A DNA stretch of 64,000 nucleotides from Alphaproteobacteria bacterium (GTDB lineage Bacteria; Pseudomonadota; Alphaproteobacteria; UBA828): NCBI GenBank assembly GCA_965221125.1, contig CBDCRW010000005.1, forward strand, positions 320,001 through 384,000, in the 5' to 3' direction. The notes under the pieces were generated by a model. It was not told the DNA's origin. It saw nothing but the letters and a program-made list of their open reading frames with translations, and ran no database searches. Of this stretch, positions 49,487 to 59,291 are shown piece by piece. Every line of letters starts with the position of its first letter. Positions within the stretch are counted from its first letter, which is position 1. The position numbers and the translations under genes were made by a program.

Positions 49487-52464
49487 GCGACGGCACGCCC
49501 ACCGTCTACACGGTGCCGCCCTGGCAGCCGTTCGTCGACTCGCTGGCCGGCGGCATCCTGTCCGGCCGGGCGGTGCCCCTCGACCCCGGCGACCCGCTGG
49601 CGCTGAGCCGGCTCACCATCCTGCTGCCGACGCGCCGCGCCTGCCGGGCGCTCGGCCTCGCCTTCCTGCGGGCGGTGCCGGGGCGGGCGCTGCTGCTGCC
49701 GCGCATCCGACCCCTCGGCGATATCGACGAGGACGAGATGAGCATCGGCGACGAAGACGACGCGGCGCTGCCCGACGCCGTCTCGCCGCTGGAGCGCCGG
49801 CTGCAGCTCACCCGGCTGGTCCAGAGGTTCATCGAGACAGCACGGAGCACGGCGCTCACCGGCGCGGGCGGCGTGGACCAGGCCTCGCGACTGGCGCGGG
49901 CGCTGGCGTCCCAGCTGGACGAGATCCAGATCGCGCGCCTCGACCCCGACGCGCTCGCCGCGCTCGCGCCGGAGGAGTACGCGGCCCACTGGCAGGAGGT
50001 GCTGCAGTTCCTCGCGATCATCATGGACCAGTGGCCGGCGCACCTGGCGGAGCAGGACAAGATCGACCCGTGGGCGCAGCGCGACGCCCTGCTGACGCGC
50101 CTCGCCGCGCGCTGGCAGGCGGAGCCGCCGGCGCATCCCGTGATCGGCGCGGGCTCGACCGGGAGCGTGCCGGCCACGCGCGACCTGCTGGCTGCCATCG
50201 CGCGCCTGCCGCAGGGCATGGTCGTCCTCCCGGGCCTCAACGGGGAGGCGGACGACGAGACGTGGGAGGCCATCGGCCCCACCCATCCGCAGTACGCGCT
50301 GAGGGGGCTGCTTGCCCATATCGGCGTCGCGCGCGGGGAGGTGCAGCCGTGGCCTAGCGGCACCGGCGCCGGAGAGGCTGCCCGCGCGCGCGCGCGGCTG
50401 ATCGCCGACGCCATGCGGCCGGCGGAAACGATCACCGCCTGGCGCGCGCGGCCGCCGCAGGGGCCAGAAGCGCTCCGCGACGTTCACCGCATCGACTGTG
50501 CCAGCCCGCAGGAGGAAGGCGGCGTCATCGCCATCGTCATGCGGCGGACGCTGGAGACCCCTGGCCGCACCGCGGCCCTCGTTACCATGGATCGCGCGCT
50601 GGCACGCAGGGTCGCGGCGGAACTCCGGCGCTGGGAGATCGCGGTCGACGATTCGGCCGGCGTGCCGCTCGGCGAGACTGCGCCGGGCGCCTTTCTCCGG
50701 CTCACCGCGCGGATGATCGCGGAGGAAGCCGCGCCGGTCCCCCTGCTGGCGGCGCTCAAGCACCCGCTCGCGGCGGGCGACATGGCGCCGGCGGCGTGGC
50801 GCCGCGCCGTCCGGGCGATGGAGCAGAAGATCCTGCGCGGACCCAGGCCCGCACCGGGCTTCGCCGGCCTGGCCGCGGCGCTGACGACGGACGATGCCGC
50901 CATCGGACGCTGGCTCGCCCGGCTGGAGGAGGGCGCCGCGTCGTTTGCCGCCCTGATGGCCGGGCCGGAGGCCGCGCTGGGCGATCTCGTGCGGGCCCAC
51001 GCCGCGTTCGCCGAGTGGCTCGCGGCCAGCGACGGCGAGGAGGGGGCCGCGCGGCTCTGGTCCGGCGAGGCAGGCGAGCAGGCTGCGCGCTTCGTCGCCG
51101 GCCTCGCGGAGTCCGCCTCGGCGCTGCCGCCCGCAGCGCCCCGCCACTATCCGGCGCTGCTGGATGCGCTGATGGAGGACCACGTGGTCCGCCCGCCCTT
51201 CGGCCGCCATCCCCGCCTGCAGATCTGGGGTCCCCTGGAGGCCCGCCTGCAGCACGCGGACTGCATGATCCTGGGCGGGCTCAATGAGGGCGTCTGGCCG
51301 CCGGCCGCGGCAGGCGATCCGTGGATGAGCCGGCCCATGCGTTCTGACTTCGGCCTGCCGCCGCCGGAGCTGCGCATCGGGCTCTCGGCTCACGACTTCG
51401 TCCAGTGCTGCGGCGCGGCGGAGGTCTATCTCACGCGGGCGCGGCGCATCGAGGGGACGCCCACGATCCCGTCCCGCTGGCTCCAGCGGCTCGATGCGCT
51501 GCTGGCGGGCGAGCCCGGCGGGGCTGCCGCGCTACGGACCGTGGAGCCGGCGCTCCTCGCCTGGTGGGCGGCGCTCGACCACCCGGCAGACGCGCCCGGC
51601 CCCCTCCCGCCGCCCGAGCCCAGGCCGCCCGTCGCGGCACGGCCGCGGCGGCTCTCGGTCACGCGGGTCGAGACCTGGATCGCCGATCCCTATTCGATCT
51701 ATGCGCGGGACATCCTGCGGCTCAAGCCGCTCGATCCCATCGACGCGGACCCGAGCGCGGCGGAGCGTGGCAGCATCATCCACCGGATACTGGACGCCTT
51801 CGTGCGCGCCCACGGGCACGCGCTGCCGGCGGATGCCGAGGCACGCTTGCGGGCGCTCGGCCAGGCGGAATTCGAGGCGGCGGGCGCGCGGCCCGGCGTG
51901 CTCGCCTTCTGGTGGCCGCGCTTCGAGCGAATCGTCCGCTGGTTCGTGGAGACCGAGCGGGCGCGCCGACCCGCACTCCAACCGCTCGCGACCGAGGTGG
52001 AGGGTGCTCTCGACCTCGACGCACCCGGCGGCGCCTTCCGCCTCACGGCGAAGGCAGACCGCATCGACAGGACTCACACGGGCGCGCTGGAGATCATCGA
52101 CTACAAGACCGGGGGGGTGCCGCCGAAGACGCACGTCGCCGACGGCAGGCGGCCTCAACTTTCCTTGGAAGCGGCGATCGCGGCCGCCGGTGGCTTTGCC
52201 GGCGTGGACGCGGCCGAGGTCGCAGCACTCGCCTACTGGCGCTTGAGCGGCGCCGAGAGCGCCGGCGAGATCACCGCGATCGGCGGCGATGCCGAAAAAC
52301 TCGCGCGCGAGGCGGCGGACGGCCTGCACGCGCTGGTCGCGCGCTTCGACGATCCGGCGACGCCCTATCACCCGGTGCCCCGGCCGGCGCTGGCGCCGCG
52401 CTGGAACGACTACGCCCACCTCGCCCGCCACAAGGAGTGGTCGGTGCCCGGCGGAGAGCCGTAA
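49483..52464 (+). CDS. addB: Double-strand break repair protein AddB
   Basis: LPTRRACR, AGSTGS, LEARLQ, GLNEG, LSVTRVETWIADPY, ADRID, IIDYKTG. Confidence 0.94.
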   Translation: MSDGTPTVYTVPPWQPFVDSLAGGILSGRAVPLDPGDPLALSRLTILLPTRRACRALGLAFLRAVPGRALLLPRIRPLGDIDEDEMSIGDEDDAALPDAVSPLERRLQLTRLVQRFIETARSTALTGAGGVDQASRLARALASQLDEIQIARLDPDALAALAPEEYAAHWQEVLQFLAIIMDQWPAHLAEQDKIDPWAQRDALLTRLAARWQAEPPAHPVIGAGSTGSVPATRDLLAAIARLPQGMVVLPGLNGEADDETWEAIGPTHPQYALRGLLAHIGVARGEVQPWPSGTGAGEAARARARLIADAMRPAETITAWRARPPQGPEALRDVHRIDCASPQEEGGVIAIVMRRTLETPGRTAALVTMDRALARRVAAELRRWEIAVDDSAGVPLGETAPGAFLRLTARMIAEEAAPVPLLAALKHPLAAGDMAPAAWRRAVRAMEQKILRGPRPAPGFAGLAAALTTDDAAIGRWLARLEEGAASFAALMAGPEAALGDLVRAHAAFAEWLAASDGEEGAARLWSGEAGEQAARFVAGLAESASALPPAAPRHYPALLDALMEDHVVRPPFGRHPRLQIWGPLEARLQHADCMILGGLNEGVWPPAAAGDPWMSRPMRSDFGLPPPELRIGLSAHDFVQCCGAAEVYLTRARRIEGTPTIPSRWLQRLDALLAGEPGGAAALRTVEPALLAWWAALDHPADAPGPLPPPEPRPPVAARPRRLSVTRVETWIADPYSIYARDILRLKPLDPIDADPSAAERGSIIHRILDAFVRAHGHALPADAEARLRALGQAEFEAAGARPGVLAFWWPRFERIVRWFVETERARRPALQPLATEVEGALDLDAPGGAFRLTAKADRIDRTHTGALEIIDYKTGGVPPKTHVADGRRPQLSLEAAIAAAGGFAGVDAAEVAALAYWRLSGAESAGEITAIGGDAEKLAREAADGLHALVARFDDPATPYHPVPRPALAPRWNDYAHLARHKEWSVPGGEP

Positions 52465-55400
52465 TGGCGGAGCAGGCGCGCGGCATGACGCCGGCCCAAC
52501 ACAAGGCGTCGGACCCGGCGGCCTCGGTCTGGGTCGGCGCCTCGGCCGGCACGGGCAAAACCAAGGTGCTGACGGACCGCGTGCTGCGCCTGCTGCTGGG
52601 GGGCACGGCGCCGGAGCGCATCCTCTGCCTCACCTTCACCCGCGCCGCCGCCGCCGAGATGGCGCTCAGGATCACGCGCGAGCTTGCGCGCTGGACCGTG
52701 GCCGATGATGAGGCGCTTGCGGGCACGCTCGCCGCGCTGACCGGCGCCCGGCCGCGGCGGGCCACGCTCGACCGCGCGCGCCGCCTCTTCGCCGCCGTGC
52801 TCGACGTGCCCGACGGCTTGAAAATCCAGACCATCCACGCCTTCTGCCAGTCGCTGCTGCGGCGCTTCCCGCTGGAGGCGGGCGTGGCGCCCAACTTCGA
52901 GATCGCCGACGAGCGCATGAGCACGACGCTGCTGGGCGCGGCCCGCGCGCGCCTGTTGAGCACGGCGCGACCGCAAGCGGACGCCGCCCTGGCATCGGCC
53001 ATGGCCGTCATGACCGCCGTCATCGGCGAGGAGAGTTTTGGGGCGCTGCTGGCGGACGTGAGCCGGGAGCGGGACCGCTTCGCCGCGCTGATCGCGCGTC
53101 ACGGCAGTATCGAGGGCGCAATCGGGGCGCTGCGCGCCCGGCTCGGCGTGGCCGAGGGCGAGACGGCGGAGGGGCTGCTGGCCCAAGCGTGCGCCGACGG
53201 CGCCTTCAACGCGGAGGCCCTTGCGCGTGCCGCCCGCGTGCTCGCCGGCGGGACCGTGACGGACCAGAGGCGCGGGCAGAAGATCGCGGCGTGGCTCGAC
53301 GCCGATCACGCCGGGCGGACGGCAGGCTTTGCCGCCTATCGCCGCGCCTTCTTCAGCCAAAAGGACGAGCCGCTGCAGCGGCTCATCACCAGGAAGCTGG
53401 GCGATGCGCAACCCGAGGCGGCGGACGCGCTGGCCCTGGAGCAGGAGCGGATCGGCGCATTCCTGGCGCGCTGGAATGCTGCCCGCGTCGCCGAGAGCAG
53501 CGCCGCCCTCATCGAGGTCACGGCCCGGCACCTCCGCCTCTACGACGACGAGAAGACCCGTCATGCCGTGCTCGACTACGGCGATCAGATCGCGCGGAGC
53601 CGCAGCCTGCTGGCCCGCGCGGGCATCGCGCCCTGGGTGCTCTACAAGCTCGACGGCGGCCTCGACCATCTGCTGATCGACGAGGCGCAGGACACGAGCC
53701 CGACCCAGTGGGCCGTGATCGCGGCGCTGGCCCAAGAATTCTTCGCCGGCGAGGGCGCGCGGGCCGCGCCGCGCACGCTGTTCGCGGTCGGCGACGAGAA
53801 GCAGTCGATCTTCAGCTTCCAGGGCGCCGATGCACGGGCGCTCGCCGCCGCCCACCGGCAGTTCCGGGAGCGGGCGACGGATGCCGGGCGCCCGTGGGAG
53901 TCGCTGCCGCTCGCCGAATCGTTCCGCTCCACCGGCGCGGTGCTTGCCGCGGTCGATGCCGTGTTCGCCCGGCCCGAGGCGCGGGCCGGCGTCACCGCCG
54001 GGGCGGTGCCGATCCGCCACCGGGTCCACCGCTCAGGCGCCGCCGGGCGGGTCGAGGTGTGGCCGCCCGTCGTGCCCGAGGAGAAGGAGCCGGTCGAGCC
54101 GTGGACGCTGCCGGTCGTGCGCGAGGGCGCCGACGACCCGGCGGCGCGGCTCGCCGGGCTCATCGCGGAGCGGGTCGCGTCGTGGACGCAAGCGCCGGCG
54201 GCGGCCGGGGGCGACGGCTGGCTCGAGGCGCGCGGGCGGGCGATCCGGCCCGGCGACGTGCTGGTGCTGGTGCGTCGGCGCGGCCCCTTCGTGGACCACC
54301 TGCTGCGCGCCTTCAAGAGCCGCGGCGTGCCGGTGGCGGGGATCGACCGCATGGTGCTGACCGAGCAGCTCGCGGTCATGGACCTGATCGCGCTCGGCGC
54401 GTTCTGCCTGCTGCCGGGAGACGACCTGACGCTCGCCACGGTGCTGAAGAGCCCGCTCATCGGGCTCGACGAGGATGCGCTGTTCCGACTCGCCTACGGG
54501 CGCGGCGACGCGAGCCTGTGGGCGACGCTGGCCCGTCGCCGCGGAGAGGACGAGGCATTTGCGCGCGCTCATGAGGCGTTGGTCGCCTACCGCAGCGCTG
54601 CGGACGCGATGGCGCCGTTCGAGTTCTACAGCGAGGTGCTGGGCGCGCGCGGCGGGCGGGCGGCGCTGCTCGGCCGCCTCGGCCCCGAATCGGGAGACGC
54701 GATCGAGGAGTTTTTGGCGCTCGCGCTGGCGTACGGCCGCGCGCACCCGCCTTCGCTCCAGGGTTTTTTGCACTGGATCCAGGACGGGCGCGCGGAGATT
54801 GCGCGCGACTTCGAGCAGGGCCGGGACGAGGTGCGGATCATGACAGTGCACGGCGCCAAGGGGCTGGAGGCGCCGGTGGTCTTTCTCCCCGATACTATGC
54901 GCAAGCCCCTCGCCAGGGACCCCCTCGTCTGGCTGGAGGAGGAGCGGGCGGACCTTGGCGTCGGCGCGGCGGAGGGTGTGCTCTTTCCCGGCCGGGCAGA
55001 CCGCGAGGACCCAGTTACGCGCGAAGCCCGTGCCCAGGCTCGCACTGCTCAGGAGGAGGAATACCGCCGGCTTCTCTACGTCGCCATGACCCGCGCCGAG
55101 GACCGGCTCTACGTGTGCGGCTGGCAGGGCCGGGACACGCCGCCCGAGGATTGCTGGTACGCGCTGGTGCGCTCAGGGATGGAGGGCCTGGGCGGGGTCG
55201 GGACCTTGGCGGGGCCGGAGGGCGACGCCCTGGTCTATGCCGACCCGCAGACCGCGCCGCTCCCTCCGCCTGCCGCGCCGGTGACGGCGAGCGATGCGCC
55301 CCCGCCGCTACCGCCAGAGCTGCTGGCGCCACCTGCCGCCGAGACGCCGACGCCGCGTCCGCTCGCGCCCTCCCGCGCTCTGGCTGAACCCTCGCACGGC

Positions 55401-55883
55401 TCGCCCATCGACAAGAGTGCGGAGCAGGCGCGGTTACGAGGGATTGCTGCGCACAAGCTGCTTGAGCATTTGCCGGCGCTGGCGCCTGCCGAGAGGCGCG
55501 GCGCGGCGCGGCGCTTGCTGAAGTCTTCCGGTCTCGGTCACGGCGAGCAGGAGAAGCTGGCCGCGTCAATGATCGCCGTCATCGAGAATCCCGAGTACGC
55601 GCCCTATTTCGCACCCGACACTCTGGCCGAGGCGCCCATCAGCGCCGTCGTGGGCAAGCGGGTGATCTCCGGCCAGATCGACCGCCTGCTGGTGCGCGAG
55701 CGGGAGGTGATCGCGCTTGACTACAAGACCGGCCGCGCCCCGCCGGAGGACGGGAGCGACGTGCCCGAAGTCTATCGTGCCCAGATGGAGAGCTACCGCG
55801 CGGCGCTGGCTGCCGTCTTCCCGGACCGCAAGATTACCTGTGGCCTGCTCTTCGTCGACGCCCCCCGCCTGATCTGGTTGTAG
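52464..55883 (+). CDS. addA: Double-strand break repair helicase/nuclease AddA
   Basis: ASAGTGKT, TFTRAAAAEM, TIHAFC, IDEAQDT, VGDEKQSIFSFQGA, TVHGAKGLE, LYVAMTRA, IDRL...DYKT. Confidence 0.95.
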   Translation: MAEQARGMTPAQHKASDPAASVWVGASAGTGKTKVLTDRVLRLLLGGTAPERILCLTFTRAAAAEMALRITRELARWTVADDEALAGTLAALTGARPRRATLDRARRLFAAVLDVPDGLKIQTIHAFCQSLLRRFPLEAGVAPNFEIADERMSTTLLGAARARLLSTARPQADAALASAMAVMTAVIGEESFGALLADVSRERDRFAALIARHGSIEGAIGALRARLGVAEGETAEGLLAQACADGAFNAEALARAARVLAGGTVTDQRRGQKIAAWLDADHAGRTAGFAAYRRAFFSQKDEPLQRLITRKLGDAQPEAADALALEQERIGAFLARWNAARVAESSAALIEVTARHLRLYDDEKTRHAVLDYGDQIARSRSLLARAGIAPWVLYKLDGGLDHLLIDEAQDTSPTQWAVIAALAQEFFAGEGARAAPRTLFAVGDEKQSIFSFQGADARALAAAHRQFRERATDAGRPWESLPLAESFRSTGAVLAAVDAVFARPEARAGVTAGAVPIRHRVHRSGAAGRVEVWPPVVPEEKEPVEPWTLPVVREGADDPAARLAGLIAERVASWTQAPAAAGGDGWLEARGRAIRPGDVLVLVRRRGPFVDHLLRAFKSRGVPVAGIDRMVLTEQLAVMDLIALGAFCLLPGDDLTLATVLKSPLIGLDEDALFRLAYGRGDASLWATLARRRGEDEAFARAHEALVAYRSAADAMAPFEFYSEVLGARGGRAALLGRLGPESGDAIEEFLALALAYGRAHPPSLQGFLHWIQDGRAEIARDFEQGRDEVRIMTVHGAKGLEAPVVFLPDTMRKPLARDPLVWLEEERADLGVGAAEGVLFPGRADREDPVTREARAQARTAQEEEYRRLLYVAMTRAEDRLYVCGWQGRDTPPEDCWYALVRSGMEGLGGVGTLAGPEGDALVYADPQTAPLPPPAAPVTASDAPPPLPPELLAPPAAETPTPRPLAPSRALAEPSHGSPIDKSAEQARLRGIAAHKLLEHLPALAPAERRGAARRLLKSSGLGHGEQEKLAASMIAVIENPEYAPYFAPDTLAEAPISAVVGKRVISGQIDRLLVREREVIALDYKTGRAPPEDGSDVPEVYRAQMESYRAALAAVFPDRKITCGLLFVDAPRLIWL

Positions 55884-55899
55884 GCGGGAGCGCTCTACG

Positions 55900-56802
55900 T
55901 CAGCCGGCGAAGCGGTGCTCCGGCAGGCCGCGCACGCCGAGGCCCGAGACCGCGAGGATGCCGCCGCCGTGGGGCTGCGGCTTCGACGCCTCGCCGAATA
56001 TCTTCTGGGCCTCGGGGCCGAGGAAGTCGGTGCGGCCCATGGAGGTGAGGTAGGCCACGTCGAGGTTCTCGCCGCCGAACATGATGCTGGTGATGGTCTT
56101 GGTCGGTACCGGCACGCGGCGGTCCACCGTGCCGTCCGGCGCGTAGCGGACGAGCTGGCCGGAGACGATCTGCGCGTTCCAGAGATAGCCCTCGGCATCC
56201 ACCGTCGAGCCGTCGGGGATGCCGGGCTCGTCGTGGGTGTTGGCGAAGACGCGCTTGTTGGAGATCGCGCCGGTCTCGATGTCGTAGTCGTAGGCGTAGA
56301 TCTCCTGCATGTAGGAATCGGTGTGATAGAAGGTTTTGTTGTCGGGGCTCCAGCTCGGCCCGTTGTTGCAGATGATGCCGCGCTCCAGCTCGTGCACGGT
56401 GAGGTCGGGGTCGAGCCGGAAGAGGCCGCAGATGGGCGATTCCGAGATCTCGTCCTCGCCGCCGGCGAAGAAGCGGCCGCGGCGATCCACCTTGCCGTCG
56501 TTGAAGAGCGAGCGGGGCTCGTCCGCGTCGACCTCGGCGATCAGCTCCGTCTCGCCCGTATCGAGGTCCATGAAGTAGAAGCCGTCCCGCATGGTGAGCA
56601 CGCCGCCCCCCTGCTCGCGGAGCGCGAACGCGCCCACGGTCTTGGGCATGGTCCAGGTGCGGGTCCTGCCGGTGCGGGGGTCGAGGCGCCAGACCTCCTT
56701 GTCGAGCATGTCGACCCAGTAGAGGACGCCGTCCACCGGGTCCCAGACGGGCCCCTCGCCGAGATAGTTCTTGGCCTCCACCACGCATTCGATCCTGACC
56801 AT
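55900..56802 (-). CDS. SMP-30/gluconolactonase family protein
   Basis: LGEGPVWD, FNDGKVDRRGRF, NGPSWSPD, PDGSTVDAEG, FGGENL; GGGAGG RBS. Confidence 0.92.
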   Translation of the reverse strand: MVRIECVVEAKNYLGEGPVWDPVDGVLYWVDMLDKEVWRLDPRTGRTRTWTMPKTVGAFALREQGGGVLTMRDGFYFMDLDTGETELIAEVDADEPRSLFNDGKVDRRGRFFAGGEDEISESPICGLFRLDPDLTVHELERGIICNNGPSWSPDNKTFYHTDSYMQEIYAYDYDIETGAISNKRVFANTHDEPGIPDGSTVDAEGYLWNAQIVSGQLVRYAPDGTVDRRVPVPTKTITSIMFGGENLDVAYLTSMGRTDFLGPEAQKIFGEASKPQPHGGGILAVSGLGVRGLPEHRFAG

Positions 56803-56939
56803 TGCAGCCTCCCTCGGCATTCGCCCGACCCTCCCCCGCCGGCGCGGAGCCGGCAGGCAGAGGAGCCGGGATCCGGCAACTATACGCCTGAACGTGCGCG
56901 GGCGGAGTCTCCGAGGCGCTGCGCGTCCGTGGCTCTGCG

Positions 56940-57353
56940 TCAGCACCCCATGACCCGCAGGTGGCCTTCCTTGCCATAGGCGAGCAGGTGGCGATCGCGA
57001 GTGACCAGCGTGTGGCCGAACGTGCGCGCGGTCGCGGCGAGGATGCGGTCCACCGGGTCGGCGGGTGGTGCGCCGGGAAGCGCGCAGGATTGGATCAGCA
57101 CCGCGGGCGGCAGTTCAGCGAGCGCCAGCCCCGGCAGCCCGAGGAAACGATCGAACCATACCTCGGGGTCGAGCGAGAGCGCGATCTTGGCCTTAGCCGC
57201 GAGCATTGCGACCTCCCACGCGGTCATGGGAGACACCGCGAGCGTGCTGCCATCAGCACATGCCTCGCGTAGCACGCTCGCGGCCGGCTCCCGCAGCGGA
57301 TCGCCGTTGGCAATCCAGATGACCGTGCAGGTGTCGAGCAAGTAGACGGCCAT
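56940..57353 (-). CDS. vapC: PIN-domain toxin VapC
   Basis: YLLDTC, AWEV, DPVDRILAATA, LVTRD acidic PIN residues. Confidence 0.92.
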   Translation of the reverse strand: MAVYLLDTCTVIWIANGDPLREPAASVLREACADGSTLAVSPMTAWEVAMLAAKAKIALSLDPEVWFDRFLGLPGLALAELPPAVLIQSCALPGAPPADPVDRILAATARTFGHTLVTRDRHLLAYGKEGHLRVMGC

Positions 57354-57359
57354 CGCCGG

Positions 57360-57782
57360 CTACCGCGCAGCCTCCCAATCCGCCTCGACCGGCGCGGTCA
57401 GGTCGGTTTCTGGATGGATCGTCACGGTGCCCTTCAGCGCGCCGAAGACGCTAGAGAAGGAACCGGCCTCGGCGGCCGCGTGGGCAGGCGCCGCATCCCG
57501 CAGCGCAGGGGCGCCGGACCCAGGCGGCGGCGGATATTGCGCTGCCTTGACGAACACGAGCTTCTTTGCGGCCATGTCCACGTTCTCCGTCTTGTAGCCT
57601 GCCTCGAGCCAGGATCGGGTGATCGAGCTGTTGGACGGGTTGTTCGACCACCACGGCCGATGCTTGAAGGCCGAGGGCGGTAGGTCCGCGCCGATCACCC
57701 GCGCGATGTCGGCGAAGGTCATGGGCACCGCGTCCTGCCCCGATTCGCGCAGGTGGGCTTCCAGGGCTGCGTACTTGGTCAT
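57360..57782 (-). CDS. Putative antitoxin: DUF7662-like N-terminal domain plus VapB-type C-terminal tail
   Basis: KYAALEAHL...MTFADIARVIGADLPPSA...WWSN...SWLEAGY; tail FGALKGTVTI...DLTAPV; directly upstream of vapC. Confidence 0.7.
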   Translation of the reverse strand: MTKYAALEAHLRESGQDAVPMTFADIARVIGADLPPSAFKHRPWWSNNPSNSSITRSWLEAGYKTENVDMAAKKLVFVKAAQYPPPPGSGAPALRDAAPAHAAAEAGSFSSVFGALKGTVTIHPETDLTAPVEADWEAAR

Positions 57783-57840
57783 GTAGAATGCTCCTGTAGT
57801 AGAGTTAGTATTAGTAGTATACCTATATGCACGCCGTCAA
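57783..57840 (-). promoter_or_regulatory. AT-rich promoter/operator of the TA operon
   Basis: Minus strand TTGACG...TATACTACTAATACTAACTCTACTAC-AGGAG; repeated TACTA units. Confidence 0.55.
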
Positions 57841-57959
57841 GCGCCAATTGAAGGGACACACTGCCGGCCCCGCCCATTGCCTGCCTGAGCGTCTCGGGCG
57901 TACCGTGGCCGGCCAGTCCGCGCCGCTCTGCCGGCGGCGCCTTTCCGGGACGAGACGCG

Positions 57960-59210
57960 ATGACCGTTGAGGAGGCGCCCGGCCGCGGGCAGGCCCGCGT
58001 CATCGGGCTGATCTCGCTCGCCCACGGCGCGAGCCACTTCTACCAGCTGGCGCTGCCGCCGCTCTTCCCGCATCTCAAGGAGGCGTTCGCGGTCAGCTAC
58101 ACCGAGCTTGGCACGCTGATGACCGTGTTCTACGTGAGCTCCGGCGTTGCGCAGACTGGGGCGGGCTTCCTGGTCGATCGCTTCCCGGCGCGCACGGTGC
58201 TTCTGAGCGGGCTCGCGCTGCTGTGCGCCGCGATCATGCTGATGGGATTCGCGCCGGCGTTCTGGATGCTGTTCCCGCTGGCCGTGCTGGCGGGGCTCGG
58301 CAACAGCGTGTTCCACCCGGCCGACCTCTCGATCCTCACCGCCAGCGTCCGCCGCACGCGACACGGCCGCGCCTACGGCTTCCATACCCTCGGCGGCAAT
58401 CTCGGCTACGCGCTTGCGCCGATCGTGATGGTCGGGCTCGCGCTGGAGCTTGGCTGGCGCTCCGCGCTGGTGGTGGCCGGGGCGGGCGGACTGGTTCTCT
58501 TCCTGCTGCTGCTGTTGAACCGGCGCCTGTTCCTTGACGCGCAGGACGAAGCGCATCCCGTGCCTGCCCCGCCGGCTGCGGCGAACCGGCCGGAGGCTCC
58601 GCTCTGGCGCCGGCCGTTCGCCGCCCTGCGCCACGGGTTCGCGCCTCTGCTATCGGCGCCGGTATGGCTCTGCTTCGCCTTCTTCGTGCTCCTGAGCGGG
58701 GCCACCATCGGGCTGCAGTCGTTCTTCCCGGCGCTGATGGACCAGCTCTACGGCCTGCCGATCGCCGAGGGCGCGCCGCTCCTCTCCGTCTTCCTCTTCG
58801 GCGCATCGGGGGGCGTGCTGCTCGGCGGCTTCCTGGCCGAGCGGGTGGGCGCGCGGCACCAGGTGGTGATCGCCACGGGCCTCGCCTCCGCCGCCGCGTT
58901 CTTCGTCGCCATCAGCCTCGGCCTCTTCCCGGCCGCCCTGCTGGGCGTGCCCTTCGCGCTGGCCGGCATCCTGGTCGGGCTCACCATGCCGTCCCGCGAC
59001 ATGCTGGTGCGCGAGACCGCCGCAGCCAGCGCCAGGGGGCGGGTCTTCGGCTTCGTCTATTCGGGCCTCGACGTGGGCGCCGCCGCCGCGCCGCTGATCG
59101 TGGGGCTGCTGCTCGACCACGGCAATCCCCGCGCGGCGCTGTGGCTGATCGCGGCGCTGCTCCTGCTCGCTATCGTGAGCGCCGTCGCCGCGAAGGCGCG
59201 ACGGGGCTGA
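57960..59210 (+). CDS. MFS transporter
   Basis: ~12 hydrophobic segments, GFLVDRFP, GNSVFHP, GGFLAERVG. Confidence 0.92.
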   Translation: MTVEEAPGRGQARVIGLISLAHGASHFYQLALPPLFPHLKEAFAVSYTELGTLMTVFYVSSGVAQTGAGFLVDRFPARTVLLSGLALLCAAIMLMGFAPAFWMLFPLAVLAGLGNSVFHPADLSILTASVRRTRHGRAYGFHTLGGNLGYALAPIVMVGLALELGWRSALVVAGAGGLVLFLLLLLNRRLFLDAQDEAHPVPAPPAAANRPEAPLWRRPFAALRHGFAPLLSAPVWLCFAFFVLLSGATIGLQSFFPALMDQLYGLPIAEGAPLLSVFLFGASGGVLLGGFLAERVGARHQVVIATGLASAAAFFVAISLGLFPAALLGVPFALAGILVGLTMPSRDMLVRETAAASARGRVFGFVYSGLDVGAAAAPLIVGLLLDHGNPRAALWLIAALLLLAIVSAVAAKARRG

Positions 59211-59291
59211 GCAGGTAGAGCACGTCATGCGCTACAATCGGCCCGCCCGGCGCGCGGGCGTTCGTGTTCCCCTCTGCAATCGGTGATCGGC

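Noticed and set aside
54880-55883. Apparent shift to less GC-biased codons in the addA 3' part, suggesting a recombined segment
   Set aside because: Impression by eye only; the frame and nuclease motifs are intact and a GC3 sliding-window calculation would be needed
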